Below are positions 9,195 to 16,773 of a stretch of DNA of 64,000 nt, in pieces. The DNA is from a virus, in IMG/VR virus record IMGVR_UViG_2643221642_000002, positions 1 to 64,000 of that record; one strand, written 5' to 3'. Position 1 is the stretch's first letter, and every line of letters starts with the position of its first letter. Position numbers and translations under genes: made by a program. The notes under the pieces were generated by a model. It saw nothing but the letters and a program-made list of their open reading frames with translations. It was not told where the DNA came from and made no database searches.

Positions 9195-9880
9195 GCGGCG
9201 CTCCTTTGGGCGTGGATGTGGGCCAGCAGCTGGTGGCCCAGGTGTTCGGTGAAGGCGGGCGGGATCGCCTCGGACAGCTCGTCGAGCGTCATCCAGTCGA
9301 TGCCCATGGCCTCGCTGGCGGCGGCGTTGTGGCCGCCCTCCCAGACGTCGCGCGTGCCCCGGCCGCCGCGCTTGGCGGCGCGGTTGCGGGCATGGCCGCC
9401 ATAGACGCCGATGACCGGCTTGCGGTGGACGCACGGGCCTGGCGCGCTGATCGCGATGTTGCTCTCGAACAGGCGGTGACGCTCGAGGTGGTGGCCCTGG
9501 GCCCCGAGGCCGAACATCGAGCCGCACAGCTTGATCGGTTCGATCATGTCGAACGCGGCCATCTCGACGTTCTCGATGACGTAGGGCAGGCCCAGGCCCT
9601 GCAGGATCTTGCGGATGCGGCCGATTTCCTGGGGCCGACCCTTCGCGCCCTTGGCGTGGCGCAGGGAGCTGTACCCCTGGCACTCAGGGCTGGCGTGCAC
9701 GGCGTCGGCCGCGGCGTAGAAGCCGGGCGCCAGGCCCCAGACGTCGGCCTGCATGAACTGGAACGGGTAGTTGGGCTGCGGGTCCCAATCGACGCCGATG
9801 ACGTCGAACCCGGCCTGGTGGTAGCCCATGGCCACCCCGCCGGCTTTGCAGAAGAGGTCGATCAAGACGGGCCGGGTCAT
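9191..9880 (-). CDS. Short DNA cytosine-5 methyltransferase-like protein
   Basis: 229 aa with C5-MTase motifs: I (LFCKAGGVAMG), IV (HASPECQGYS, the catalytic PC motif), VI (YVIENVE). Unusually short, with no obvious target-recognition domain. Confidence 0.7.
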   Translation of the reverse strand: MTRPVLIDLFCKAGGVAMGYHQAGFDVIGVDWDPQPNYPFQFMQADVWGLAPGFYAAADAVHASPECQGYSSLRHAKGAKGRPQEIGRIRKILQGLGLPYVIENVEMAAFDMIEPIKLCGSMFGLGAQGHHLERHRLFESNIAISAPGPCVHRKPVIGVYGGHARNRAAKRGGRGTRDVWEGGHNAAASEAMGIDWMTLDELSEAIPPAFTEHLGHQLLAHIHAQRSAA

Positions 9881-12249
9881 TGCACCAGCTCGAAATCAGG
9901 GGCCTCGAGGTAGGGCTGGTCCTCGGTGCGGACGGCCAGGGCCAGGGCCAGCGGCTGAACCCATATCGGCTCGTTCGACAGGATGAAGCTCGTCCCCGTC
10001 ATCGCCATCAGCAGGGTCTTGCCCATGACGGAAGCGATCGCCGTCGCCGAGTCCGAGGGCACGGCGTTGCCGATGCGCTCGCGCTTGTCGGCGTCGCTCT
10101 TGCCCTCCAGCTGGAAGAACCAGGCGTCCTCGAGGTTGAAGAGAGACTGGAGCGCGGCCAGCTCGAGGGTGGTGAACGGGCGGTGCCAAGTGCCATCCAG
10201 CGCGCGGATCACCGCGACCAGGCGGTCCTTGGCGTCCGGCAGCGCCAGGGCGCGCATCACCTGGGCGTCGGGCAGCACGACCCTGGGGTCGCCGACGGAC
10301 CAGAAGCCGTTGTTGTTCTTGGCGTAGGCCGGAACCGCGTTCGAGGCGTTGCGCCACGGCACGACCCCATAGTGGCCCTGGTTGGCGTAGGTATCGCGGT
10401 CCTTGTGCGCTAGGCCGATCGGCCGCGGGTCCGCGACTGACCAGCGGCCGTTGTCCCACGGGTGGGCGTTGGCCAGGACCGCGCCGGTGGTGTCGGTGTA
10501 CTTGACCACGCCGTAGTGGTCGCAGCGCACGGTCTTGTAGGCGGTCAGCCCGATCGGGCGGGGATCGGCGACGCTCAACGCGCCCGAGCCGACTCGGTCG
10601 GAGCCCGTCACCGTCCCGGCCGATCCACGGTAGCCCACGACCCGCAGCTTGTTGCGGTGGCTGTTCTCGCCGAAGCCCGTGCGCGGGTCGGCGACCGAGA
10701 ACATGCCCTGCAGTGGCGAACGGGCGGTCGTCAGGACGCCGGCGGTGTCGCGCCAGCGCATGACACCGGCCTGGCCGGTGGCCCACAGCTCAACGCGAGG
10801 GTCAGCGACCGCATAGGCGCCGTCGCCCGTGGTGCTGGCGCCGATCACCGTCCTGGACGCGCCCCTGTAGGGCGTGACGAGGTACTTGGTGTGGACGTAG
10901 TCGCTGCCGGGGTGTCGCGGGTCGGCGACGGCGGCGAGAGCCCCGCGCGCAGAGGTCACGACCGGGCCGGTGTTCTCCCAGGGCACGATCCGATAGACGT
11001 TGCTGAAGCGCGGTCCCGTGTCCTTGAAGCGAGGATCACTGATCGCGTAGGGACCCGTCCCGACCGAGACGTCGCCCTTGATGCAGGGCGCTGAACAGCT
11101 CCAGCGGCGCACGCCCAATTGAACGGACTTGTGGTGGCCGTCGACGCGGGGATCCGCGACCGAAAACACGCCCTGGCCTGGCCGCCCCTCGCGCACGACA
11201 CCGGCCGTCGCGTTGAAGGCCTGAACGCCGTAGGCGCCGGGATGCCACTGGGCCGTCTCGCGCGGGTCCGCCACCGAATAGCGGCCGGTGGTCGCCTCGG
11301 CGTTGGCAGAGATCACGCCGGCGCTGGCGCCGTAGTGCAGGACGCCGAGCGTGCCGTCGCGCCAGGGGCGTTCGGGCATGATGCCGTAGTCGCGCAGGAC
11401 GCCGTCCTCGACCACGAGATCCTTCAGTGACCGCCAGTCCTTGCCGGCCTCGACGAAAGCCAGGCGCACCCAGGTCTGCCATTGCAGCTTGGGCATGCGG
11501 TGCATGTCCGGGGCCCGGGGATCATCGGGCAGCGGCAGCTTGTCCAGGACTTCGCCGACGCCACGCAGGCGCTGCTTCGGCGGCTCGTACAGGAAGGGTT
11601 GCACCTTCGCGGCGTGGCGGGCCACCAGCAGGAACCGCTTGCGGCTCTGGGCCAGGCCGCCCAGCTCGCCGCAGTCATGGGTCGTCTCGGCCACGGCGTA
11701 GCCGTAGTAGCGAAGCATCGAGATGATCTGGTCGAGCAGGTGGCGGCCGCGCGTCGCGATCCGGGGCACGTTCTCGAAAATGATCAGTTCGATCGGGTCG
11801 TCCTGATAGGCCTCCAGGGCGAGCCATAGGCAGCGCAGCGTCAGCTCGTTCAGCGCCTGGTACTTGACCGTCTTACTGACTTCCTCGGCCAGCAGGCCCG
11901 AGAAGCCCTTGCACGGCGCCGAGATGAACAGGATGTGCGGGTGCTTGTGCTGGAAGGCGGCGTGCAGATCCTGGGGCGTCGCCTCGACGAAGTCGGCTGG
12001 CGGGGCCTTGTCGTGGAAGCGGCGATACTGGTCGACCGTGAACAGGTCGCGGACCGTACCGGGTGTCCCGGTCATGCGTCCGAAGTCACGGATCGCTGCC
12101 GGATCGACGTCGATCCCACCGATGCAGTTGAAGCGCGCGCGCAGGTTGCCGACGCGGGCTTGGCCGTTGTTGAAGCCCCGGGCCCCCGCGCCCAGGCCGC
12201 AGGCCAGGTGGGCGTGGTTGATGTCGACGTCGACGACGAGGGAGCTCAA
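9877..12249 (-). CDS. DNA cytosine-5 methyltransferase with nine tandem ~40-aa SVADPR repeats in the target-recognition domain region
   Basis: Motifs I (LACGLGAGARGF), IV (FISAPCKGFSG), VI (IIFENVPRI) and X (RERIGNAVP) are present. Between motifs VIII and IX sit nine repeats (…SVADPRE…, …SVADPRV…, …ISDPRF…, …AVADPRH…, …AVADPRV…, …SVADPRT…, …SVADPRP… ×2, …SVGDPRV…). Start uncertain: TTG 12247-12249 (GGAGGG SD, TTGA overlap) or GTG 12304-12306. Confidence 0.75.
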   Translation of the reverse strand: MSSLVVDVDINHAHLACGLGAGARGFNNGQARVGNLRARFNCIGGIDVDPAAIRDFGRMTGTPGTVRDLFTVDQYRRFHDKAPPADFVEATPQDLHAAFQHKHPHILFISAPCKGFSGLLAEEVSKTVKYQALNELTLRCLWLALEAYQDDPIELIIFENVPRIATRGRHLLDQIISMLRYYGYAVAETTHDCGELGGLAQSRKRFLLVARHAAKVQPFLYEPPKQRLRGVGEVLDKLPLPDDPRAPDMHRMPKLQWQTWVRLAFVEAGKDWRSLKDLVVEDGVLRDYGIMPERPWRDGTLGVLHYGASAGVISANAEATTGRYSVADPRETAQWHPGAYGVQAFNATAGVVREGRPGQGVFSVADPRVDGHHKSVQLGVRRWSCSAPCIKGDVSVGTGPYAISDPRFKDTGPRFSNVYRIVPWENTGPVVTSARGALAAVADPRHPGSDYVHTKYLVTPYRGASRTVIGASTTGDGAYAVADPRVELWATGQAGVMRWRDTAGVLTTARSPLQGMFSVADPRTGFGENSHRNKLRVVGYRGSAGTVTGSDRVGSGALSVADPRPIGLTAYKTVRCDHYGVVKYTDTTGAVLANAHPWDNGRWSVADPRPIGLAHKDRDTYANQGHYGVVPWRNASNAVPAYAKNNNGFWSVGDPRVVLPDAQVMRALALPDAKDRLVAVIRALDGTWHRPFTTLELAALQSLFNLEDAWFFQLEGKSDADKRERIGNAVPSDSATAIASVMGKTLLMAMTGTSFILSNEPIWVQPLALALAVRTEDQPYLEAPDFELVQ

Positions 12250-12566
12250 TGTGCGCCCTCCGACAGGGCGACGACGCCAGCGACCCTCACGCGCAGTTCC
12301 CTGCACATGGCAGGTCCAGTGTCGGGCTTGCCGGAGGCGTGGCCCAACGAAAAGGCGTCGGCGTCGAAGTGGCCGATCACCGCCTGCTGGCAGGCCAACG
12401 AGATCAGGTAGTCGGCGTGGACAACACCTGCTTCCGGGATCGTGAGCAGGTCGACGACCGGCGGCGCGTCGCCTTCGTCAGCGCGGATCCGCCGTTCGGC
12501 TTCCGCAAAGAGGTCCGCCAGCTGCGCGCGGGTGATCGTGAGCGTGGTGATGCTAAGGAGGGCCAC
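12246..12566 (-). CDS. Hypothetical protein
   Basis: 106-aa ORF with a GTG start; coupled to flanking genes. Confidence 0.45.
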   Translation of the reverse strand: MALLSITTLTITRAQLADLFAEAERRIRADEGDAPPVVDLLTIPEAGVVHADYLISLACQQAVIGHFDADAFSLGHASGKPDTGPAMCRELRVRVAGVVALSEGAH

Positions 12567-12676
12567 TAGAGGAACGGTCCTTGAAGCCAGAGGGCGATGT
12601 GCAGGACGCCGGCGACGATCGCGGCGACCACGACGGGGATGGCCAGGGGGTGACCCCAGCGGAGCAGGGGCTTCAC
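12566..12676 (-). CDS. Possible small hydrophobic peptide (36 aa)
   Basis: GTG at 12674-12676 overlaps the upstream stop as GTGA; encodes VKPLLRWGHPLAIPVVVAAIVAGVLHIALWLQGPFL (one TM segment). Confidence 0.25.
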   Translation of the reverse strand: MKPLLRWGHPLAIPVVVAAIVAGVLHIALWLQGPFL

Positions 12677-13182
12677 GAGCCGGCGGCGTGGTAGAGGTCG
12701 AAGACGGTCTTCCCGAAGAAGAAGGCTCCGATGACCCCGGTGGCAGCCAGGATGATCAGATCCTCGCCGAACCTCTGGACCAGGCCTTCGAAGACGCGGG
12801 CCCACCACGGCCGGCTAGGCTCGACCAGCTTCTGGCGCTCGAGGCGGCGCAGCAGCTCGGTCAGGCTGGGCTCGCGGGCGCTGATGCTGGTCGAGATGGA
12901 ACGGGCTTCGACGTGGCCGACGTAGGGGTAGGGCTGGGGCCGCGCATCCGCTTCGCGGATCGCCGCCAGCTGCTCGCTGGTCAGGGCCCGGCCGCACAGA
13001 TCCTCGGTGATGTCGGGATTGACGCCCCAGTAGACGAAGATCGATGCGGCCTCGGCGGGCGTCAGCTCGGTGATGACCTTCGCGCCGCTCTGGGTCGCCC
13101 AGACGATGCGGGTCGCGGGAGTCGGCGCGCGCGCGGCGCGCAACGGCACAGGATTGCCCAGCAGGGGCTGCTTGCGGGCCAT
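12673..13182 (-). CDS. Hypothetical protein with C-terminal membrane anchor
   Basis: 169 aa from the ATG 13180-13182; C-terminal hydrophobic stretch LIILAATGVIGAFFFG. Confidence 0.5.
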   Translation of the reverse strand: MARKQPLLGNPVPLRAARAPTPATRIVWATQSGAKVITELTPAEAASIFVYWGVNPDITEDLCGRALTSEQLAAIREADARPQPYPYVGHVEARSISTSISAREPSLTELLRRLERQKLVEPSRPWWARVFEGLVQRFGEDLIILAATGVIGAFFFGKTVFDLYHAAGS

Positions 13183-13184
13183 GG

Positions 13185-13712
13185 TCACGCCCCCGTCCAG
13201 CGGTAGACGCGCACCATGTGGCGCTGCAGGCGGGCGAGCTGCGTGTGGATCTTGGGCGGTTCGGGCGCCCAGCACCCGGCGAGCAGGGCGCCGCGATCGT
13301 CGTTCGGTGGACTCACCAGAACCTCGGCCGTCGGGCCGACGCCGACGTGGACGATGACGTCGCCGCGCCGGAACTCGCGGTAGTCATAGCGGCCGACCTG
13401 GGTCAGCCCCCACTCCTCGAGCATGTTGGCGACGCGCTCGTTCCACGGCTCTTCGTCGGGCCAACCCTGGTAGCCGTAGAGGTCGTTCAGCGCGCTGTGG
13501 GTGGCGTGCTCGGCGCAGAGGCGGATGAAGCCGAAGCCGTCGACGCCGTCGGCGCCGCGCCCGCCCGGCTTGTAGCCGATGCCGGCCTTCACGACCGCCT
13601 CGGCGGCTTTGGCCATGATCGCGGCCCGCGATAGGCCGAGGCCGCCGAAGCTGGCCAGGTTCAGCGGTGTGAACTGGTCACGATCCGCACGCTCTTTGGT
13701 GGTGGCGTCCAC
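13185..13712 (-). CDS. Hypothetical protein, first gene of the leftward early operon
   Basis: 175 aa; GTG start preceded by GGGGGAG SD; lies directly downstream of the PL-like promoter and operators. Confidence 0.5.
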   Translation of the reverse strand: MDATTKERADRDQFTPLNLASFGGLGLSRAAIMAKAAEAVVKAGIGYKPGGRGADGVDGFGFIRLCAEHATHSALNDLYGYQGWPDEEPWNERVANMLEEWGLTQVGRYDYREFRRGDVIVHVGVGPTAEVLVSPPNDDRGALLAGCWAPEPPKIHTQLARLQRHMVRVYRWTGA

Positions 13713-13740
13713 GATGGTCTCCCCCGATGGTCGAGGAAGA

Positions 13741-13757
13741 TCGTGAGAAATTCACGA
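13741..13757. promoter_or_regulatory. Operator site OL-a (TCGTGAGAAATTCACGA)
   Basis: Perfect 6-bp inverted repeat with a 5-bp spacer, same consensus as the OR sites. Sits 5 nt downstream of a TTGACA -35 hexamer (minus strand, 13763-13768) and covers the -10 region of the leftward promoter. Confidence 0.65.
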
Positions 13758-13774
13758 CGCCATGTCAATGCTTA

Positions 13775-13791
13775 TCGTGAAAAAATCACGA
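13775..13791. promoter_or_regulatory. Operator site OL-b (TCGTGAAAAAATCACGA)
   Basis: Second palindromic site, 34 bp centre-to-centre from OL-a, immediately upstream of the -35. Confidence 0.6.
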
Positions 13792-13796
13792 CATCG

Positions 13797-14108
13797 CTAG
13801 TTGAGGGTTGCTGACCGCACGGTGTAGGACCCGTTGGAGGAGGTGCACGACGCTTCGCCAGAAAAGCGGCTCCGGATCGGTACGCCGTAAGAGTTTTGAG
13901 CATCGACCTGGCCGATGATCAGGTACTCGTGCACGCCGGTTGTGATCGTTGTGACTTCGATAAATTTAGCTGTGCTCGGCGCTTTCAGTTGGCCGCGGAT
14001 CGCGTCCTTGACCGCCTTTTCAGCGCCGATCGGCATGCATGCCAGGTCCGAGCAACCCGTCAGCATTGTCGCTCCCGCCAGTGCTGCGGCTAGAAAAACG
14101 GCGCGCAT
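13797..14108 (-). CDS. Small lipoprotein co-transcribed with the CI repressor
   Basis: 103 aa from the ATG 14106-14108 (TGATG coupling with cI); signal peptide MRAVFLAAALAGATMLTGC with lipobox LTGC. Confidence 0.6.
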   Translation of the reverse strand: MRAVFLAAALAGATMLTGCSDLACMPIGAEKAVKDAIRGQLKAPSTAKFIEVTTITTGVHEYLIIGQVDAQNSYGVPIRSRFSGEASCTSSNGSYTVRSATLN

Positions 14109-14770
14109 CAGGCGGCCGTATGGTCGAGGCGAATGATCTTCTCCGCCTGGTGTGGGGGCGCGATCCAAGCGATGTGTGCAACCCAGACTAGGCGCTGATC
14201 TTCGAGCGTCGGCGCCTGCAGCGATTGCAGGTCGTAGACGTCCTTGTTGCTGCCCTTCATCAGTCGCTTGAACACGATCTCGCCGCTCTCAAGCTGGCAG
14301 AATACCAGGCGATGAAGCATGTCCTTCGTCGGCTCAGGCAGGCGCTCGTCGTAGTAGATCAGCGATCCGTCATCGACGACGCTTCTATAGGCGTGGCCTT
14401 CGACCTTCAAGATCACGACGTCCTCGCTGGCCCCCGGCGGGATAGGGGCATACTCCCTGGCCTGGCCGGAGGTGAAAGCGACCGAGTCGTCCGGCATGGC
14501 GCCCAGCTTGCCGACGATGCGGCCCATGCGCTCGCTCGGCCCGAACATCAAAAACTCAGGCGTCGTGCGGAACTTCTTTGCGAAGACCTCGGCCTTCTTT
14601 CTAGAGAACGGACTCGTGCCGTTCTCATGCTGGATATAGGTGTTGCGGCTTAGCCCTAGGGCCTCGGCGGCGTCGGTCGCCGTCTCGTAACCGGCGCCCT
14701 CGCGGGAGGCCTTGAGCCTCGCTCCGGCCTCTCGGTTCTTCTGACGGGTTTTGGCGTCGGTCGTGGACAT
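14108..14770 (-). CDS. cI: CI-like repressor (XRE HTH + LexA-like S24 peptidase domain)
   Basis: N-terminal HTH (…ATDAAEALGLSRNTYIQHENGTS…) and C-terminal S24 autopeptidase region (…VVILKVEGHAYRSVVDDGSLIYYD…KRLMKG…). Divergent from cro with three operators in between. Confidence 0.85.
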   Translation of the reverse strand: MSTTDAKTRQKNREAGARLKASREGAGYETATDAAEALGLSRNTYIQHENGTSPFSRKKAEVFAKKFRTTPEFLMFGPSERMGRIVGKLGAMPDDSVAFTSGQAREYAPIPPGASEDVVILKVEGHAYRSVVDDGSLIYYDERLPEPTKDMLHRLVFCQLESGEIVFKRLMKGSNKDVYDLQSLQAPTLEDQRLVWVAHIAWIAPPHQAEKIIRLDHTAA

Positions 14771-14777
14771 TTCACGA
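14761..14777. promoter_or_regulatory. Operator OR3 (TCGTGGACATTTCACGA), overlapping the cI start codon
   Basis: Imperfect copy of the 17-bp operator; the spacer contains the cI ATG (14768-14770). Confidence 0.55.
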
Positions 14778-14792
14778 TTTTACCGGCGCTGA

Positions 14793-14809
14793 TCGTGAAT
14801 GGTTCACGA
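14793..14809. promoter_or_regulatory. Operator OR2 (TCGTGAATGGTTCACGA)
   Basis: Perfect half-sites; 32 bp from OR3 and 35 bp from OR1 (centre-to-centre). Confidence 0.6.
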
Positions 14810-14816
14810 TCTGGGC

Positions 14817-14844
14817 TTGACCTTTCATCGTGAAAATTTCACGA
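14817..14844 (+). promoter_or_regulatory. PR-like promoter (-35 TTGACC) with operator OR1 (TCGTGAAAATTTCACGA, 14828-14844) over the -10 region
   Basis: -35 hexamer at 14817-14822, 5 nt upstream of OR1. Same geometry as the leftward promoter (TTGACA-N5-operator). OR1 abuts the first ATG of the cro frame. Confidence 0.6.
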
Positions 14845-14852
14845 TGCTTGGC

Positions 14853-15137
14853 ATGAGCGAGCGATCTCACCGACAAATCCTGGAAGACGCGGGCGGCGTG
14901 ACGCCCGTTCGCAGGCAACTGGCGAGCGTCGGCATCGACCTGCCGGATCCGACGGTCCGTTCATGGCCGCTCGGCGGCGAAGGTGCAGGCTCGATCCCGC
15001 CCGAGTACTGGCCGTCCCTGGTCCAACTGAAGATCGCCACCCTCGAGGAGCTGGCGCGCGCCGCTGAGGCCCGCAAATTTCCCGAATTGGCCGCCGAGAG
15101 ACGCGCCGTGATTTCCGAAGAAGGCGCCGCCGCATGA
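14853..15137 (+). CDS. cro: Cro-like HTH regulator (YdaS/Cro family)
   Basis: …ILEDAGGVTPVRRQLASVGIDLPDPTVRSWPLGGEGAGSIPPEYWPSLVQL… resembles the Cro/YdaS HTH. Start ambiguous (ATG 14844 or 14853; possibly leaderless). Confidence 0.65.
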   Translation: MSERSHRQILEDAGGVTPVRRQLASVGIDLPDPTVRSWPLGGEGAGSIPPEYWPSLVQLKIATLEELARAAEARKFPELAAERRAVISEEGAAA

Positions 15138-15225
15138 GCGCGCGCCTCGTCCCTTTCCCCGGTGGTGTCGAGCCCTCCCGGGAAAACAGCGCGGTCGGCA
15201 TCCTCCCGCCGGCCGCGCGCCCACC

Positions 15226-15432
15226 TCAGAAGAGGTCGCAGGCCCGGCAATCGTCGCAGCGCCGGCGGATCCACATGCGTTCGATGGTGTCCGGGTGCAG
15301 CGCGAACCCGTCGCGGGCCTTGGGACCCTTGAGCGACTTTAGCCGCTTGCGGGTCTGCTTGCGGCACTTCTCCGGCTTGGCCGGAACGGACGCGGCCAAT
15401 GGGGCCGGGCCCCTGACGCTTAAACTGGACAC
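15226..15432 (-). CDS. Possible small Cys-rich (zinc-ribbon-like) protein
   Basis: 68 aa: …EKCRKQTRKRLKSLKGPKARDGFALHPDTIERMWIRRRCDDCRACDLF. Shares its wobble phase with a long + strand shadow ORF, so coding-strand assignment is uncertain. Confidence 0.35.
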   Translation of the reverse strand: MSSLSVRGPAPLAASVPAKPEKCRKQTRKRLKSLKGPKARDGFALHPDTIERMWIRRRCDDCRACDLF

Positions 15433-15495
15433 CTACGCGCTCCCCCGAACTCTGGTCGAGGGAATTCACGCACACAATCTTAAGGTACGCAAGTT

Positions 15496-15858
15496 CTACG
15501 TGTGCCGCTTTCGGGTATCGCGTTTTCGTTTGTGCCGCTCCTCGGCCCTGGCCCGCGCCCTCACGGACGCCTGGCGCAGCCATTTCACGGCGTCCTTGCG
15601 CGTTTCGCTGTCCTGTTCGGGCGCGGCGTTCGGTCGCAGCTCGGCCACGACCGAGGCGGCCTGGGCGAGCAGCTGGTCCATGACCTTCTGCACGTACCCC
15701 GGCTTGCGGATCTCGCCGACGGTCAGCATGGCCTCCAGGATCAGATCCTGGCGGGATGAGGGTAGCGAAAGCGGGGCTTTGGACTCGTGCGGCATGGGAC
15801 TGATCGGTAACCCGACATGGTCGGGTTGTGGTACAGCCACCGGTTTCACTGCGTCCAA
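15496..15858 (-). CDS. Hypothetical protein (start uncertain)
   Basis: Protein-like composition (…DLILEAMLTVGEIRKPGYVQKVMDQLLAQAASVVAELRPNAAPEQDSETRKDAVKWLRQASVRARARAEERHKRKRD…). The annotated start is TTG; internal ATGs are possible. Confidence 0.35.
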   Translation of the reverse strand: MDAVKPVAVPQPDHVGLPISPMPHESKAPLSLPSSRQDLILEAMLTVGEIRKPGYVQKVMDQLLAQAASVVAELRPNAAPEQDSETRKDAVKWLRQASVRARARAEERHKRKRDTRKRHT

Positions 15859-16149
15859 AAATCGCGATTTTCTCCCCGATATCAGTCATCTAGCCGTCAT
15901 TCTTCGCGTGCGGCGGGAAGGTCCGTGCTGGAGCACGCTTCGCGGGCGCTCATTCGACGACCGTCGGGCGAGGGGGCAAGGGCGCGGCGCGCGCCCCGTC
16001 AGCGCCTCGGCGCAGCAGGCCGACCGCCAGCGCCAAACCGGCCTTGCTGTAGAGCCGCACGCCCGCGGCCTTGGCCGCCTGACGCATGGTCTGGATCGTT
16101 GTGGTCTTGCGCGTGGCCATGGCCCCCTCGGCTTGATTGCGGGGTCACG

Positions 16150-16548
16150 ATGAGGCCCGCCGTCATCAAAGTCAGTCTCCTGGAAGGGAACGAAATCGGT
16201 CGCGATCCGGGCCTCGCCGGTCGCCTGCGCGACTTCCTCGTCCAGAAACACCCGCACCACACCGCCAAGTCGGTTCAACAGGCGCTTGCCGCCTTGGGCG
16301 TCGAGGTTGGGCTGGACGCGATCAAGAAATGGCTGACCGGCGCCTGGCCGTCCTGGCCCTCGCACGTCGAGGCCCTGCTGGGCGCCTACGGCCAGGATCT
16401 GGTCGAGGCCGTGTTCCTGCCGGCCGTGATGTCTGCCGAAGACCTGCAACTGGCGCGGATCGCCCGTGACGAAGCCGAACTGGCCATGCGGCGCGAGCGC
16501 CTGCTGGCCCACCAGCACCGGAGGCGGCTCCTTGCCCAAGCTCGCTAA
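16150..16548 (+). CDS. Hypothetical phage protein
   Basis: 132 aa from the ATG 16150 (MRPAVIKVSLLEGNEIGRDPGLAGRLRDFLVQKH…); first clear gene of the rightward operon. Confidence 0.55.
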   Translation: MRPAVIKVSLLEGNEIGRDPGLAGRLRDFLVQKHPHHTAKSVQQALAALGVEVGLDAIKKWLTGAWPSWPSHVEALLGAYGQDLVEAVFLPAVMSAEDLQLARIARDEAELAMRRERLLAHQHRRRLLAQAR

Positions 16549-16699
16549 GCGCATCGCCCTGACCGCCGTCCTGCTCGGCCTCGAGCTGGTCGACGGCGTC
16601 GCCCTCGTCCTGCGCTCGGTTCGCGCCAGCGACTGGGCCAACGACCGCTGGGAGCGGGCCTACCGACGTCTGGACGGGCTGGTGAACGGCCCCTCGTAG
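16532..16699 (+). CDS. Possible small membrane protein (55 aa, TTG start)
   Basis: GGAGG SD 7 nt upstream of the TTG; hydrophobic core IALTAVLLGLELVDGVALVL; overlaps the end of the preceding gene. Confidence 0.3.
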   Translation: MPKLAKRIALTAVLLGLELVDGVALVLRSVRASDWANDRWERAYRRLDGLVNGPS

Positions 16700-16724
16700 G
16701 CCGTCCGCCACCGTCAACGGGAAA

Positions 16725-16760
16725 GACCGCACCCAGAAACGCGGTCGGGGTTAGGTTTTA
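16725..16760 (+). terminator. Weak hairpin + T-rich tract (possible partial terminator)
   Basis: GACCGC-N10-GCGGTC followed by GGGGTTAGGTTTTA. Confidence 0.25.
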
Positions 16761-16773
16761 GGGGGATGGCGCG

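Noticed and set aside
15134-16153. 339-aa + strand ORF flanked by ATGA overlaps with cro and the next gene
   Set aside because: The product is dominated by Arg/Ser/Cys/Trp/Gly with almost no Asp/Glu/Lys/Ile. It shares third-codon positions with the opposite-strand ORFs, so its high GC3 is uninformative. Most likely a shadow ORF. Kept only as an ambiguity in the findings.
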